A DNA stretch of 64,000 nt. Source: Macrostomum lignano. Lineage: Eukaryota. Location: contig NIVC01000874.1 in assembly GCA_002269645.1 (NCBI GenBank), positions 124,001 through 188,000 on the forward strand, written 5' to 3'. A program made the position numbers and the translations under genes. A model generated the notes under the pieces. It did not search any database. It had not been told where the DNA came from and saw only the letters and a list, made by a program, of their open reading frames with translations. Within the stretch, counting starts at the first letter, position 1. Each line of letters begins with the position of its first letter. Positions 42,830 through 55,854 of the stretch are shown piece after piece.

Positions 42830-42965
42830 CCCGCCTAATTAAGGCAGAAACCTTAAAAAATCAAAGAGAATTTTCGCCAGAATACAGAGCCACTCTTCTG
42901 CCCCCTTCCCTTGGGTCTTTACCCCCTCCAGAATCTATCCCCCTTAACAGAAATTTCTGGTTGCA
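42830..42965 (+). mobile_element. Diverged short relative of the 37.1 kb MITE with a single repeat unit
   Basis: AAAAAATCAAAG...TTTTCG..A.AATACAGAGCC...CCCTTGGGTCTTTACCC..CTCCAGAATCTA.CCCC.TAAC..AAATTTCTGGTTG matches 37200-37290 and 38240-38270. Confidence 0.7.
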
Positions 42966-43419
42966 GGAATAAGATTACAAGGCACTATCATCATAATTTA
43001 TTTTATTACATTCTTATACTTATAAATGAAATATATATTCTTTTTTCCATTTTAGTTTAGCATAGCTCATTTTCATTCTAATAGTTAAATATATTATACC
43101 AAATAGACTTAATCTTAGATTTGTCATTAGGATATTATACTTTCAAGAGTATATAAAATGTTTATCTGCATTTGTGGTGAATCTAGGATTTTAACATAGA
43201 CAAGTACATAGGCCCAACTTTTTAGGTTGGCCCCAAAATTAAACATGATCCCATTTACCCCTTTTATATGCAAGTCTAGCCATGAAAATAGTTGGAGCAA
43301 AAAACTGGTTTATATATATATATATATATATCTGCATATGTATATCTAAGTGTTAATATATTAAATATAACTATCTATTTCAATAATAATTGTATATAAA
43401 TCTGTACACAGTCTAATCT

Positions 43420-45081
43420 TACTAGCATCTGGTATACCTATCTCATTAGCACATCAATCTGGTATCATATATCTTACTAGTATATTAATCTAGTATACCA
43501 TCTCAATAGTACCCCAATCCGGTACACCCATCTCCCTAGCATACCAATCTAGTATACCCATCTCACTAGTACACTAATCTTATATACCCATTTCACTAGC
43601 AGACCAATCTAATGCATCCATTTCACTAATACACCAATTTGATATACCCATTTCACTAGCATACCAATCTTATATACCCATCTCACTAGTACACCAATCT
43701 AATACACCTATCTCACTAGCATACCAATCTGATACACCCATTTCACCAGCACACTAATCTGATACATCCATTTTATCAGTACACCAATCTGATACATCCA
43801 TTTCATTAGTACACCAATCTGGTACACCCATCTCACCAGTACACCAATCTGGTACACCCATCTCACTAGTACACTAATCTTATATACCCATTTCACCAGT
43901 ACACCAATCTGATACATCCATTTCACTAGTACACCAATCTGGTACATTCATCTTACCAGTACACCGATCTGGTACACCCATCTCACTAGTACACCAATCT
44001 GGATGCCCATCTCACTAGTACACCAATCTGGTACACTCATCTCACTAGTACACCAATCTGGTACACTCATCTCACTAGTACACCAATCTGGTACACTCAT
44101 CTCACTAGTACACCAATCTGGTACACTCATCTCACTAGTACACCAATTTGGTACACTCATCTCACTAGTACACCAATCTGGTACACTCATCTCACTAGTA
44201 CACAAATCTGGTACACTCATCTCACTAGTACACCAATCTGGTACACTCATCTCACTAGTACACCAATTTGGTACACTCATCTCACTAGTACACCAATCTG
44301 GTACACTCATCTCACTAGTACACAAATCTGGTACACTCATCTCACTAGTACACCAATCTGGTACACTCATCTCACTAGTACACCAATTTGGTACACTCAT
44401 CTCACTAGTACACCAATCTGGTACACTCATCTCACTAGTACACCAATTTGGTACACTCATCTCACTAGTACACCAATTTGGTACACTCATCTCACTAGTA
44501 CACCAATCTGGTACACTCATCTCACTAGTACACCAATCTGGTACACTCATCTCACTAGTACACAAATCTGGTACACTCATCTCACTAGTACACAAATCTG
44601 GTACACTCATCTCACTAGTACACCAATTTGGTACACTCATCTCACTAGTACACCAATCTGGTACACTCATCTCACTAGTACACCAATTTGGTACACTCAT
44701 CTCACTAGTACACCAATCTGGTACACTCATCTCACTAGTACACCAATTTGGTACACTCATCTCACTAGTACACCAATTTGGTACACTCATCTCACTAGTA
44801 CACCAATCTGGTACACTCATCTCACTAGTACACCAATCTGGTACACTCATCTCACTAGTACACAAATCTGGTACACTCATCTCACTAGTACACCAATCTG
44901 GTACACTCATCTCACTAGTACACCAATTTGGTACACTCATCTCACTAGTACACCAATTTGGTACACTCATCTCACTAGTACACCAATCTGGTACACTCAT
45001 CTCACTAGTACACCAATTTGGTACACTCATCTCACTAGTACACCAATCTGGTACACTCATCTCACTAGTACACCAATTTGG
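43420..45081. repeat. 30-bp minisatellite (CTCACTAGTACACCAATCTGGTACACTCAT) immediately upstream of SLC38A9
   Basis: Homogeneous from ~44000 to 45081 and increasingly diverged toward 43420; ends ~95 bp before the ATG. Confidence 0.97.
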
Positions 45082-45175
45082 TCATGTTCCAGCCAGGTTT
45101 CTGACTCGCCCAGCCTTTCGAGGCCGACTACCTTTTAAAAAAGGAAACACTGGGACAGACGAGCTCTAGAAGTCC

Positions 45176-48100
45176 ATGTCGCAGCCGTCCTCCGAGCGGC
45201 AGCAGCTGCTGATTGCCGGCAAGCAGCGATCATCCGGCCGCTCTGGTGCCGACGCGCCACTCTTGTCGCCTTCGTCATCGTCTCTGGCCAGCGCCGGCCG
45301 CGCCGGATCCTTCGCGCGCACCTACGAGACGGAGCGGGGCACCGCGGTGCGCCTGCCCATCGGCTACGGCTCCGTCAATGCGCCGGCCTCCAGCTACCTG
45401 CCCGACCAGCCCGGCGCCTCCGGCTCCCCCGCCGAGGCCATCGTCCCCGACGGCCAGCAGTCGAGGAGCCGCGCCCGCTCGGAGCCGCCATCGGCGGAGC
45501 CCGGCCCATCCTCGGCGTCGCCAGCGGTGTCGGAGGCGACCTCCGCCATGCTGAGCAGGTACAAGTACTACAGCAGGATCGCGCCTGGTGCCGACAGCCA
45601 GTTGCTTATGCCGCATCACGTGGTGCCGCCGCAGTTCCTACTGATCCTGCCGTTCAAGCAGATCTCAAAGCAGAGCAGCATCATCACCATGTGAGCTGGG
45701 AGTTCTTCATCCTGTCCGTTGCGTTGGTCTTTAGAACTGAGTACTTTTAGGGGAGAAACTGATTACCATCGCTGCGGACCCAGTGATCCAACCCATGACC
45801 CAGTGACCCAATCCAATGACCTCGTGACCCAAACCAATGACCTCGTGACCCAAACCAATGACTTCGTGACCCAAACCAATGACCTCGTGACCCAAACCCA
45901 TGACCCAGTGACCCAATCCAATGACCCAGTGACCCAAACCATGACATCGTGACGCTGCCCATGATTCAATGATTCCACCCATAACCCAGTAACCCAACCT
46001 ATGACCCATTGATCCTACCCATGACCTTGGGACATAACCCGTGACCTTGGGACACAACTCATGACCTCGTGATGCAAACACACGACCCAGTGACCCAGCC
46101 CATGATTCAATGATCCCGCCCATAACCGAGTGACCCAACCCATGACCCAGTGACCCAATCCATAACCCAGGGACCCAAACCCATGACCCAGTGACCCAGC
46201 TGTGTCAAACAAGCACCCGCCAATGCCTCCGCCCCACCCGACCGCAGCTTCAGCATCTGGAACACGATGATGGGCACCTCGCTGCTGAGCATGCCCTGGG
46301 CGGTGAAGGAGGCCGGCTTCGCCACCAGCCTGGTGGTGCTGCTGATCATGACTGGCATCACATTCTACACTGCTTACCTGGTGCTCAGGAGCTACTCAAA
46401 CTTGGGTAAGTGGTGGCTTAGTTATAGGCAGGGGCCTGTGCGCACCCTGGCGCACCTGAGGCCACATTGTCACACAACCAGCGAGAGGCATTACTGCCTA
46501 TTCCGCTGACTCCCCTGAGCAGGCACACAAGCGTACGCAGTCATACGCACAGGCACACACCCACACAGGAGTGTACAGCGGCCATAACTTTATTGATGGC
46601 TAGGCATGTACACTTCACTGTGCCTTGGGGGTTGGCCTTCAAGGCCGCTAATTGCACGAGCAGAGCCAAGCCGAGATTCCAATTTAGCCCCAAATAAATG
46701 CGACTGCACTTGGAATCGAGCCTGGGCCGCTGGCACGTAAGGGCGCCGCACCAGACCACTGGGCTACGGCCTCCATAAGCGATCTCTCAAAATTTATTGT
46801 TTTACTAAAATCCTATATAACTCACTACTAGATATTAATTATTAATTTTTACCTCAGGCCGCAGCGGAGTTCGAGTGTCCGAGTTCTCTGACGTGTGCAA
46901 ATTTTACCTGGGCCGCTACGGCGAGCTCGTCTCTGTGCTGTTCTCCGCCGTGGCCCTACTGGGCGCCATCATCGTCTACTGGGTGCTGCTGTCCAACTTC
47001 CTTTACCAGGTTGTTATTGCGCCTGTGTGGGCTCGGGAGCAGACCGGCTCTTCTCTTCTGGCCTTCTTCTGCCTAAAATGCCCTAAAAATCCATGGGTTT
47101 TATGCCTAATAAAATGAGAAACTCCCTGTCTCAATAGCGTTTGTTTTGGCATGAAGCCGGCCTTCAAATAATTTTCTAAGAAACGGAAGTGGTTGGCAGC
47201 CCCCCGGTCCCTCAGGGCGGCTGCTTCATCCACAGCCAGCTGCACAATGTCACCGAGATTGACGGCTCCCCTCCCCGGTCCCTCAGGGCGGCTGCTTCAT
47301 TCACAGCCAGCTGCACAATGTCACCGAGATTGACGGCACCCCTCCCCTCCCCGGTCCCTCAGGGCGGCTGCTTCATCCACAGCCAGCTGTACAATGTCAC
47401 CGAGATTGACGGCACCCCGAACGAATTCCGGGTTGGCAACCGCACATTTCACGTGCTGTGCCCGAACTACCCGCCGCTGCCCGTGCAGCCCACCGGCCTG
47501 CCCAACGTCACCACGCCGCCTCCCGCCACCGTCGCCCCGCCGGACTTCAGAAACGGCACCGAGCCTCTGTTCCAGCGGCTGTGGAGCAAAACCGAGACCG
47601 TGCCGTTCTATCTGGTCCTCCTGCTGTTCCCGCTTGTCTGCATCAAGTCTCCGGGCTTCTTCTCCAAGTTCAACGCTCTCGGCACCGTGGCCGTGGTCTT
47701 TGTGCTGGTCTTTGTTGCCGTGAAAGCCGCCCAGTGGGGCTTCCATCTGGACTTCAGCGCCACTGATGCTGCCAATGTCATCCGGCGTGAGTCTGGCAGC
47801 CTCGCATCCTTTTGAATGGCCTCAGTGCAGCCTCGCCTCCCCGTTTGTTCACCTCTCAGCTTCTGCTTTCACTCTTCATCTGTCTCTCCACCTATTTCTT
47901 TCACTCTCTTCAACTGTCACTCCATTTCTTTCACTCTCTCCAACTGTCACTCCGTTTCTTTCACTCTCTCCATCTGTCACTCTATTTCTTTCACTCTCTC
48001 CAACTGTGACTCCATTTCTTTCACTCTCTCCAACTGTGACTCCGTTTCTTTCACTCTCTCCAACTGTCACTCCATTTCTTTCACTCTCTCCAACTGTGAC

Positions 48101-51100
48101 TCCGTTTGTTTCACTCTCTCCAACTGTCACTCCGTTTGTTTCACTCTCTCCAACTGTCACTCCGTTTGTTTCACTCTCTCCAACTGTCACTCCGTTTCTT
48201 TCACTCTCTCCATCTGTCACTCCATTTTTTTCACTCTCTCCAACTGTCACTCCATTTCTTTCACTCTCTCCAACTGTCACTCCATTTCTTTCACTCTCTC
48301 CAACTGTGACTCCATTTCTTTCACTCTCTCTGGTTATCTTTTTAATTAGCCAAAATTCACATGTTTGCGAAGTCTTTTGGCCTTTGGCGGATGCTGTCTT
48401 GTCCGTCTTCAGTCTACAAGTATACAATTTTGGTTATATTAACATTTTCAAGCTAATAAGGCATTGCAGCCCACGTGTTTACTGGCAATGTTATGCAGGC
48501 AGCTTATGTAGCTGCGAATATCGCTTTTACAGCTGCAGCGCTGGTGACTGGAAGTCGCTTTGCCAGAACTTCATTTGCTTAGTGCGTAACGCGAATTTAC
48601 TTAACCAGCGCAAATTTATGCTTTTGAGTAAATAGCCTCCGTGTTTTCAGGTGTCTGACGTGGTTAGAAACTTTATTATAGTCTTAATGCTCAGCTGCGA
48701 TTGTGAATTGCAGTCAGTCAGTCAGTCCGTCAGTCAGTCAGGCAGTCAGTCAGTCAGGCAGTCAGTCAGTCAGGCAGTCAGTCAGGCAGTCAGTCAGTCA
48801 GGCAGTCAGTCAGGCAGTCAGTCAGTCAGGCAGTCAGGCAGTCAGTCAGGCAGTCAGTCAGTCAGGCAGTCAGTCAGGCAGTCAGGCAGGCAGTCAGTCA
48901 GGCAGTCAGGCAGTCAGTCAGGCAGTCAGGCAGTCAGGCAGGCAGTCAGTCAGTCAGGCAGTCAGTCAGTCAGTCAGGCAGTCAGTCAGGCAGGCAGTCA
49001 GTCAGGCAGTCAGTCAGGCAGTCAGTCAGTCAGGCAGTCAGTCAGGCAGTCAGTCAGTCAGGCAGTCAGGCAGTCAGTCAGTCAGGCAGTCAGTCAGGCA
49101 GTCAGGCAGGCAGTCAGTCAGGCAGTCAGGCAGTCAGTCAGGCAGTCAGGCAGTCAGGCAGGCAGTCAGTCAGTCAGGCAGTCAGTCAGTCAGTCAGGCA
49201 GTCAGTCAGGCAGGCAGTCAGTCAGGCAGTCAGTCAGGCAGTCAGTCAGTCAGTCAGTCAGGCAGTCAGTCAGGCAGTCAGTCAGGCAGTCAGTCAGTCA
49301 GGCAGTCAGTCAGTCAGTCAGGCAGTCAGTCAGGCAGTCAGGCAGTCAGTCAGGCAGTCAGTCAGTCAGTCAGTCAGTCAGTCAGTCAGTCAGGCAGTCA
49401 GTCAGTCAGCCGCTGCCGCAACCCTGCAGAGCTGAGGCCGAGCTTCGCCCTCATGACCGGTGTGCTGTCCCTGGCGCTGTTCTGCCACAATGCGGTGATC
49501 ACGCTGACGCGGAACCAGCTGCGGCCAGAGAATAATGTAAATCTTTTGATGCTGGGCCGGTGCAAATGTGTTTTTTTTCATTTCTCACCCCGGCTTTGCA
49601 GCTCACCGCATTTACTTAGCAATCTTGCATGCATGTTTGTCACTTGTTCAGTGTGAACCGACACAGGTCGTGAATTTGTTTGTTACCCGCCCGCTTTCAG
49701 AGTTCTCGCCCAGCTTTGTGTCCATGGCTGGCGTGTTGTCCCTGGCCCTGTTTAGCCACTGCTTCATTGTCTCCCTGATGCGGGAGCAGAGGCAGCCGCA
49801 GAATAATGTAATTTCGGCTCAGGGAACGCCTGGACTGGGGCTTGACTGGCTTTTATTAGCTCAAGCTTTCAACTGCGATTATCATTTTTTTAATTTCAAA
49901 GAATGCTGCTTGAGCGAAAGAATTAATATTTCACAAATTTATGCTTAAATTTTATATTGCTCGGGTTTTTTTAAGTGGAATATCTGGAGTATCATTTTTA
50001 ATCAAGTCCCAACGCTAGGATACAAAATATTAGTTTCTAAGGTGGAGCTCCGTTGCTAGGGTAAACCTTGTCCCTAAGGTGTGGATCCTGTTGCTAAGGT
50101 GTCAGATCCTGTTGCTAAGGTAATCCCTTTGCTAAGGGGTTAACTCTTGCTAAGGTTTAAACCCTGTTGCTAACGTGTAAACCCTGTTGCTAAGATGTGG
50201 ATCCTGTTGCTAAGGTGTGGATCCTGTTGCTAAGGTGTAAACCCTGTTGCTAAGGTGTAAACCCTGTTGCTAAGGTGTAAACCCTGTTGCTAAGGTGTAA
50301 ACCCTGTTGCTAAGGTGTAGATCCTGTTGCTAGAGTGTAAACCCTGTTGCTAAGATGTAACCCTGTTGCTAAGGTGTAAACCCTGTTGCTAAAGTGTAAA
50401 CCCTGTTGCTAAAGTGTAAACCCTGTTGCTAAGGTGTAAACCCTGTTGCTAAGGTGTAAACCCTGTTGCTAAAGTGTAAACCCTGTTGCCAAGATGTAAC
50501 CCTGTTGCTAAGGTGTAAACCCTGTTGCTAAGGTGTAAACCCTGTTGCTAAGGTGTAAACCCTGTTGCTAAGGTGTAAACCCTGTTGCTAAGGTGTAAAC
50601 CCTGTTGCTAAAGTGTAAACCCTGTTGCTAAGGTGTAAACCCTGTTGCTAAGGTGTAAACCCTGTTGCTAAAGTGTAAACCCTGTTGCCAAGATGTAACC
50701 CTGTTGCTAAGGTGTAAACCCTGTTGCTAAGGTGTAGATCCTGTTGCTAAAGTGTAAACCCTGTTGCCAAGATGTAACCCTGTTGCTAAGGTGTGGATAC
50801 TGTTGCTAAGGTGTAAACCCTGTTGCTAAGGTTTAGATCCTGTTGCTAAGGTGTAAACCCTGTTGCCAAGGTTTAACCCTGTTGCTAAGGTGTGGATCCT
50901 GTTGCTAAGGTTTAACCCTGTTGCTAAGGTTTGGATCCTGTTGCTAAAGTGTAGATCCTGTTGCTAAGGGGTTAAGTCTTTTGCTATGGTGTAATCCCAT
51001 ATTGCTCAGAGGTACACTCTTTTTCCATTGCTTAGGTAACTCGAAAATATTAAGTTGGAATTTAGTATATGGAATTTAATTCGTTCAAGTCCGAATTTAT

Positions 51101-54100
51101 TGCGGCTTAAGTTTTATGACTATGAGTTTCTGTGATTTGCAAGCTCTGATTGCCAAAGAATTCCGCGCTGCTTACCTGTACTCAAAATGACTTTCATTTC
51201 AACTCTTGCCAGATATCAGTGCGGCTTTTGCAAATTCACGTTCAAAATTCTGGAGTTAAGATACTGATATCCTACTTGCAGTAGGCGAAATGCAAAATGC
51301 AGTAAATTTTCTGTCTATTTTTAGACTCGAGACCTGCTAATTGCCTACGTGTGCGTCTCGATCACCTACATTATTGTGGGCCTCGTGTTCTATGCGGTCT
51401 ACCCGCTGGCTAAGGACTGCATTGAGCAGGTGAGCTGGGCAGGTGATAAATACTCTGACTACTATATTTAAACGCAGTTTGTATCAGTTAAACACACTGA
51501 CTGCACCAGTTAAACACACTGACTGCACCAGTTAAACACACTGACTGCACCAGTTAGACACACTGACTACACCAGTTAAACACACTGACTACACCAGTTA
51601 AACACACTGACTGCACCAGTTAAACACACTGACTGCACCAGTTAAACACACTGACTGCACCAGTTAAACACACTGACTACACCAGTTAAACACACTGACT
51701 GCACCAGTTAAACACACTGACTACACCAGTTAAACACACTGACTGCACCAGTTAAACACACTGACTGACTGCACCAGTTAAACACACTGACTGCACCAGT
51801 TAAACACACTGACTGCACCAGTTAAACACACTGACTGCACCAGTTAAACACACTGACTGCACCAGTTAAACACACTGACTGCACCAGTTAAACACACTGA
51901 CTACACCAGTTAAACACACTGACTGCACCAGTTAAACACACTGACTGACTGCACCAGTTAAACACACTGACTGCACCAGTTAAACACACTGACTGCACCA
52001 GTTAAACACACAGACTGCACCAGTTAAACACACTGACTACACCAGTTAAACACACTGACTGCACCAGTTAAACACACTGACTACACCAGTTAAACACACT
52101 GACTACACCAGTTAAACACACTGACTGCACCAGTTAAACACACTGACTGCACCAGTTAAACACACTGACTACACCAGTTAAACACACTGACTGCACCAGT
52201 TAAACACACTGACTGCACCAGTTAAACACACTGACTGCACCAGTTAAACACACTGACTGCACCAGTTAAACACACTGACTGACTGCACCAGTTAAACACA
52301 CTGACTGCACCAGTTAAACACACTGACTGCACCAGTTAAACACACTGACTGCACCAGTTAAACACACTGACTGCACCAGTTAAACACACTGACTGCACCA
52401 GTTAAACACACTGACTGCACCAGTTAAACACACTGACTGACTGCACCAGTTAAACACACTGACTGCACCAGTTAAACACACTGACTGCACCAGTTAAACA
52501 CACTGACTGCACCAGTTAAACACACTGACTACACCAGTTAAACACACTGACTGCACCAGTTAAACACACTGACTGCACCAGTTAAACACACTGACTGCAC
52601 CAGTTAAACACACTGACTGACTGCACCAGTTAAACACACTGACTGCACCAGTTAAACACACTGACTGCACCAGTTAAACACACTGACTGCACCAGTTAAA
52701 CACACTGACTGCACCAGTTAAACACACTGACTGCACCAGTTAAACACACTGACTGCACCAGTTAAACACACTGACTGACTGCACCAGTTAAACACACTGA
52801 CTGCACCAGTTAAACACACTGACTGCACCAGTTAAACACACTGACTGCACCAGTTAAACACACTGACTGCACCAGTTAAACACACTGACTGCACCAGTTA
52901 AACACACTGACTACACCAGTTAAACACACTGACTGCACCAGTTAAACACACTGACTGCACCAGTTAAACACACTGACTGCACCAGTTAAACACACTGACT
53001 ACACCAGTTAGACACACTGACTACACCAGTTAGACACACTGACTACACCAGTTAAACACACTGACTGCACCAGTTAAACACACTGACTGCACCAGTTAGA
53101 CACACTGACTACACCAGTTAAACACACTGACTACACCAGTTAAACACACTGACTGCACCAGTTAAACACACTGACTGCACCAGTTAAACACACTGACTGC
53201 ACCAGTTAAACACACTGACTGCACCAGTTAAACACACTGACTGCACCAGTTAAACACACTGACTGCACCAGTTAAACACACTGACTGACTGCACCAGTTA
53301 AACACACTGACTGCACCAGTTAAACACACTGACTGCACCAGTTAAACACACTGACTGCACCAGTTAAACACACTGACTGCACCAGTTAAACACACTGACT
53401 GCACCAGTTAAACACACTGACTGACTGCACCAGTTAAACACACTGACTGCACCAGTTAAACACACTGACTGCACCAGTTAAACACACTGACTACACCAGT
53501 TAAACACACTGACTGCACCAGTTAAACACACTGACTGCACCAGTTAGACACACTGACTGCACCAGTTAAACACACTGACTACACCAGTTAAACACACTGA
53601 CTGCACCAGTTAAACACACTGACTGACTGCACCAGTTAAACACACTGACTACACCAGTTAAACACACTGACTGCACCAGTTAAACACTGACTACACCAGT
53701 TAAACACACTGACTACACCAGTTAAACACACTGACTGCACCAGTTAAACACACTGACTGCACCAGTTAAACACACTGACTGCACCAGTTAAACACACTGA
53801 CTACACCAGTTAAACACACTGACTGCACCAGTTAAACACACTGACTGCACCAGTTAAACACACTGACTGCACCAGTTAAACACACTGACTACACCAGTTA
53901 AACACACTGACTGCACCAGTTGAACACACTGACTGCACCAGTTAAACACACTGACTGCACCAGTTAAACACACTGACTGCACCAGTTAAACACACTGACT
54001 GCACCAGTTAAACACACTGACTGCACCAGTTAGACACACTGACTACACCAGTTAAACACACTGACTGCACCAGTTAAACACACTGACTGCACCAGTTAAA

Positions 54101-55854
54101 CACACTGACTGCACCAGTTAAACACACTGACTGCACCAGTTAAACACACAGACTGCACCAGTTAACACACTGACTACACCAGTTAAACACACTGACTGCA
54201 CCAGTTAAACACACTGACTACACCAGTTAAACACACTGACTACACCAGTTAAACACACTGACTGCACCAGTTAAACACACTGACTGCACCAGTTAAACAC
54301 ACTGACTGCACCAGTTAAACACACTGACTACACCAGTTAGACACACTGACTGCACCAGTTAAACACACTGACTGCACCAGTTAAACACACTGACTGCACC
54401 AGTTAAACACACTGACTGCACCAGTTAAACACACTGACTGACTGCACCAGTTAAACACACTGACTGCACCAGTTAAACACACTGACTGCACCAGTTAAAC
54501 ACACTGACTGCACCAGTTAAACACACTGACTACACCAGTTAAACACACTGACTACACCAGTTAAACACACTGACTGCACCAGTTAAACACACTGACTGCA
54601 CCAGTTAAACACACTGACTACACCAGTTAAACACTGACTGCACCAGTTAAACACACTGACTACACCAGTTAAACACTGACTGCACCAGTTAAACACATGA
54701 ACTGCCACCCGAACCCCGCAGAACCTGCTGGACAATATCCCCAGCGCGGATGTGCTGGCCTTCACCGCCCGAATCTTTCTGTTCGTCCAGATGGTGACGG
54801 TGTTCCCGCTGCTGATGTACATTCTGCGGGCCCAGCTGATGCACTACCTGTTCCACAGCGTCTACCCCAGCTGGGTGCACGTCAGCGTGCTGCACGTGTC
54901 CGTCATGGGGGTGGCCATTGTTGTGGCCGTGTTCTACCCCAATATTGGCAACATTCTCAGGTGATTGGAGGGAGCCAGTTGAAGTATTAGTAACGTAACA
55001 GTAAGGTTATTCCTTATAGTTACCCTTCCATAATACGATTTATTGTTTCCAAGGCGGAAATACCATGTTGCTATGCTGAAAATTCCCGTTTGCTATGCTA
55101 AAAATACCCGGTTGCTATGCTAAAAATACCTGGTTGCTATGCTGGAATTATTCCGGTTGCTATGCTGGAATTCACCCGGTTGCTAAGCTAGAAATACCCG
55201 GTTGCTATGCTAGAAATAAGTACTCTGTTACTATGCTGGAATTAACCCGGTTGCTATGCTGGAATTATCCCGGTTGCTATGCTGGAATTAAACCGGTTGC
55301 TATGCTGGAATTATCCCGGTTGCTATGCTGGAATTCACCCGTTTGCTATGCTGGAATTAAACCGGTTGCTATTCTGGAATTAAACCGGTTGCTATGCTGG
55401 AATTATCCCGGTTGCTATGCTAGAAATAAATACTCTATTGCTATACTGGAATTAACCCGGTCGCTATGCTAGAAATACCTGGTTGCTATGCTAGGAATAC
55501 CCGGTTGCTATGCTAGAAATACCCGGTTGCTATGCTAGAAATACCCGGTTGCTATGCTGGAAATACCCGGTTGTTACGCTGGAATTAACTCGGTTGCTAT
55601 GCTAGAAATACATTGTTGCTTAACTAGAAATACCCTGTTACTATGAGTGCACCTCACCCCCCCCGACCGGACCGGACAGGTTCTCCGGGGCTCTGTGTGG
55701 GTTGGCTTACATCTTCACGCTGCCGCCGCTGATCACCCTGCTGGAGGCCCGCATGAACGGCACCCTGACGGTGGGCCGCCTGGTGCCTCACTGCTGCATC
55801 ATCCTGATCGGCCTGGCCAACTTTGCCAGTCAGTTTTTCTTCCTGAACAAGTAG
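45176..55854 (+). CDS. SLC38A9: Lysosomal amino-acid transporter / arginine sensor SLC38A9. Exons 45176-45690, 46248-46405, 46858-47009, 47363-47786, [49430-49536 or 49701-49807], 51325-51429, 54722-54960, 55680-55854
   Basis: RYKYYSRI...HVVP...[69 protein letters not shown]...DCIEQNLLDN; RFSGALCGLAYIFTLP...GLANFASQF. All match SLC38A9 motifs, and the splice phases chain correctly to TAG at 55852-55854. Confidence 0.95.
45780..46200. repeat. ~21-bp diverged minisatellite (GACCCAGTGACCCAAACCAAT-like) in SLC38A9 intron 1
   Basis: Tandem GACCC/TGACC units. Confidence 0.85.
46469..46771 (-). mobile_element. tRNA-derived SINE copy 1
   Basis: Minus strand begins GGCCGTAGCCCAGTGG (A box)...GGCTCGATTCCAAGTGCAGTC (B box); the body is shared with 58979-59310. 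Confidence 0.75.
47880..48332. repeat. 30-bp minisatellite (TTCTTTCACTCTCTCCAACTGTCACTCCAT)
   Basis: About 15 tandem copies in an SLC38A9 intron. Confidence 0.95.
48711..49409. repeat. (CAGT)n/(CAGG)n compound microsatellite
   Basis: Tetranucleotide array ending ~20 nt before the exon at 49430. Confidence 0.97.
50050..50990. repeat. 20-bp minisatellite (CCTGTTGCTAAGGTGTAAAC)
   Basis: Tandem intronic array. Confidence 0.96.
51485..54697. repeat. 22-bp minisatellite (CCAGTTAAACACACTGACTGCA), ~3.2 kb
   Basis: Fills almost the whole intron 51430-54721; G/A variant units and occasional extra CTGA. Confidence 0.98.
55060..55645. repeat. ~23-bp minisatellite (CCCGGTTGCTATGCTGGAATTAT-like)
   Basis: Tandem array in the last SLC38A9 intron. 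Confidence 0.92.

Noticed and set aside
43948-45169. 370-390 aa decapeptide-repeat proteins (MSVPDWCTSE / GTLISLVHQS)
   Set aside because: They come from a 30-bp array lacking stops on both strands; no unique coding flanks.
46700-46771. Functional tRNA genes here and at 59240-59310
   Set aside because: A and B boxes are present, but there is no convincing acceptor stem or cloverleaf and both heads continue into a shared non-tRNA body, so they are called SINEs.
48651-49656. Ser/Gln-rich ORFs
   Set aside because: They come from the (CAGT/CAGG)n microsatellite inside an intron.
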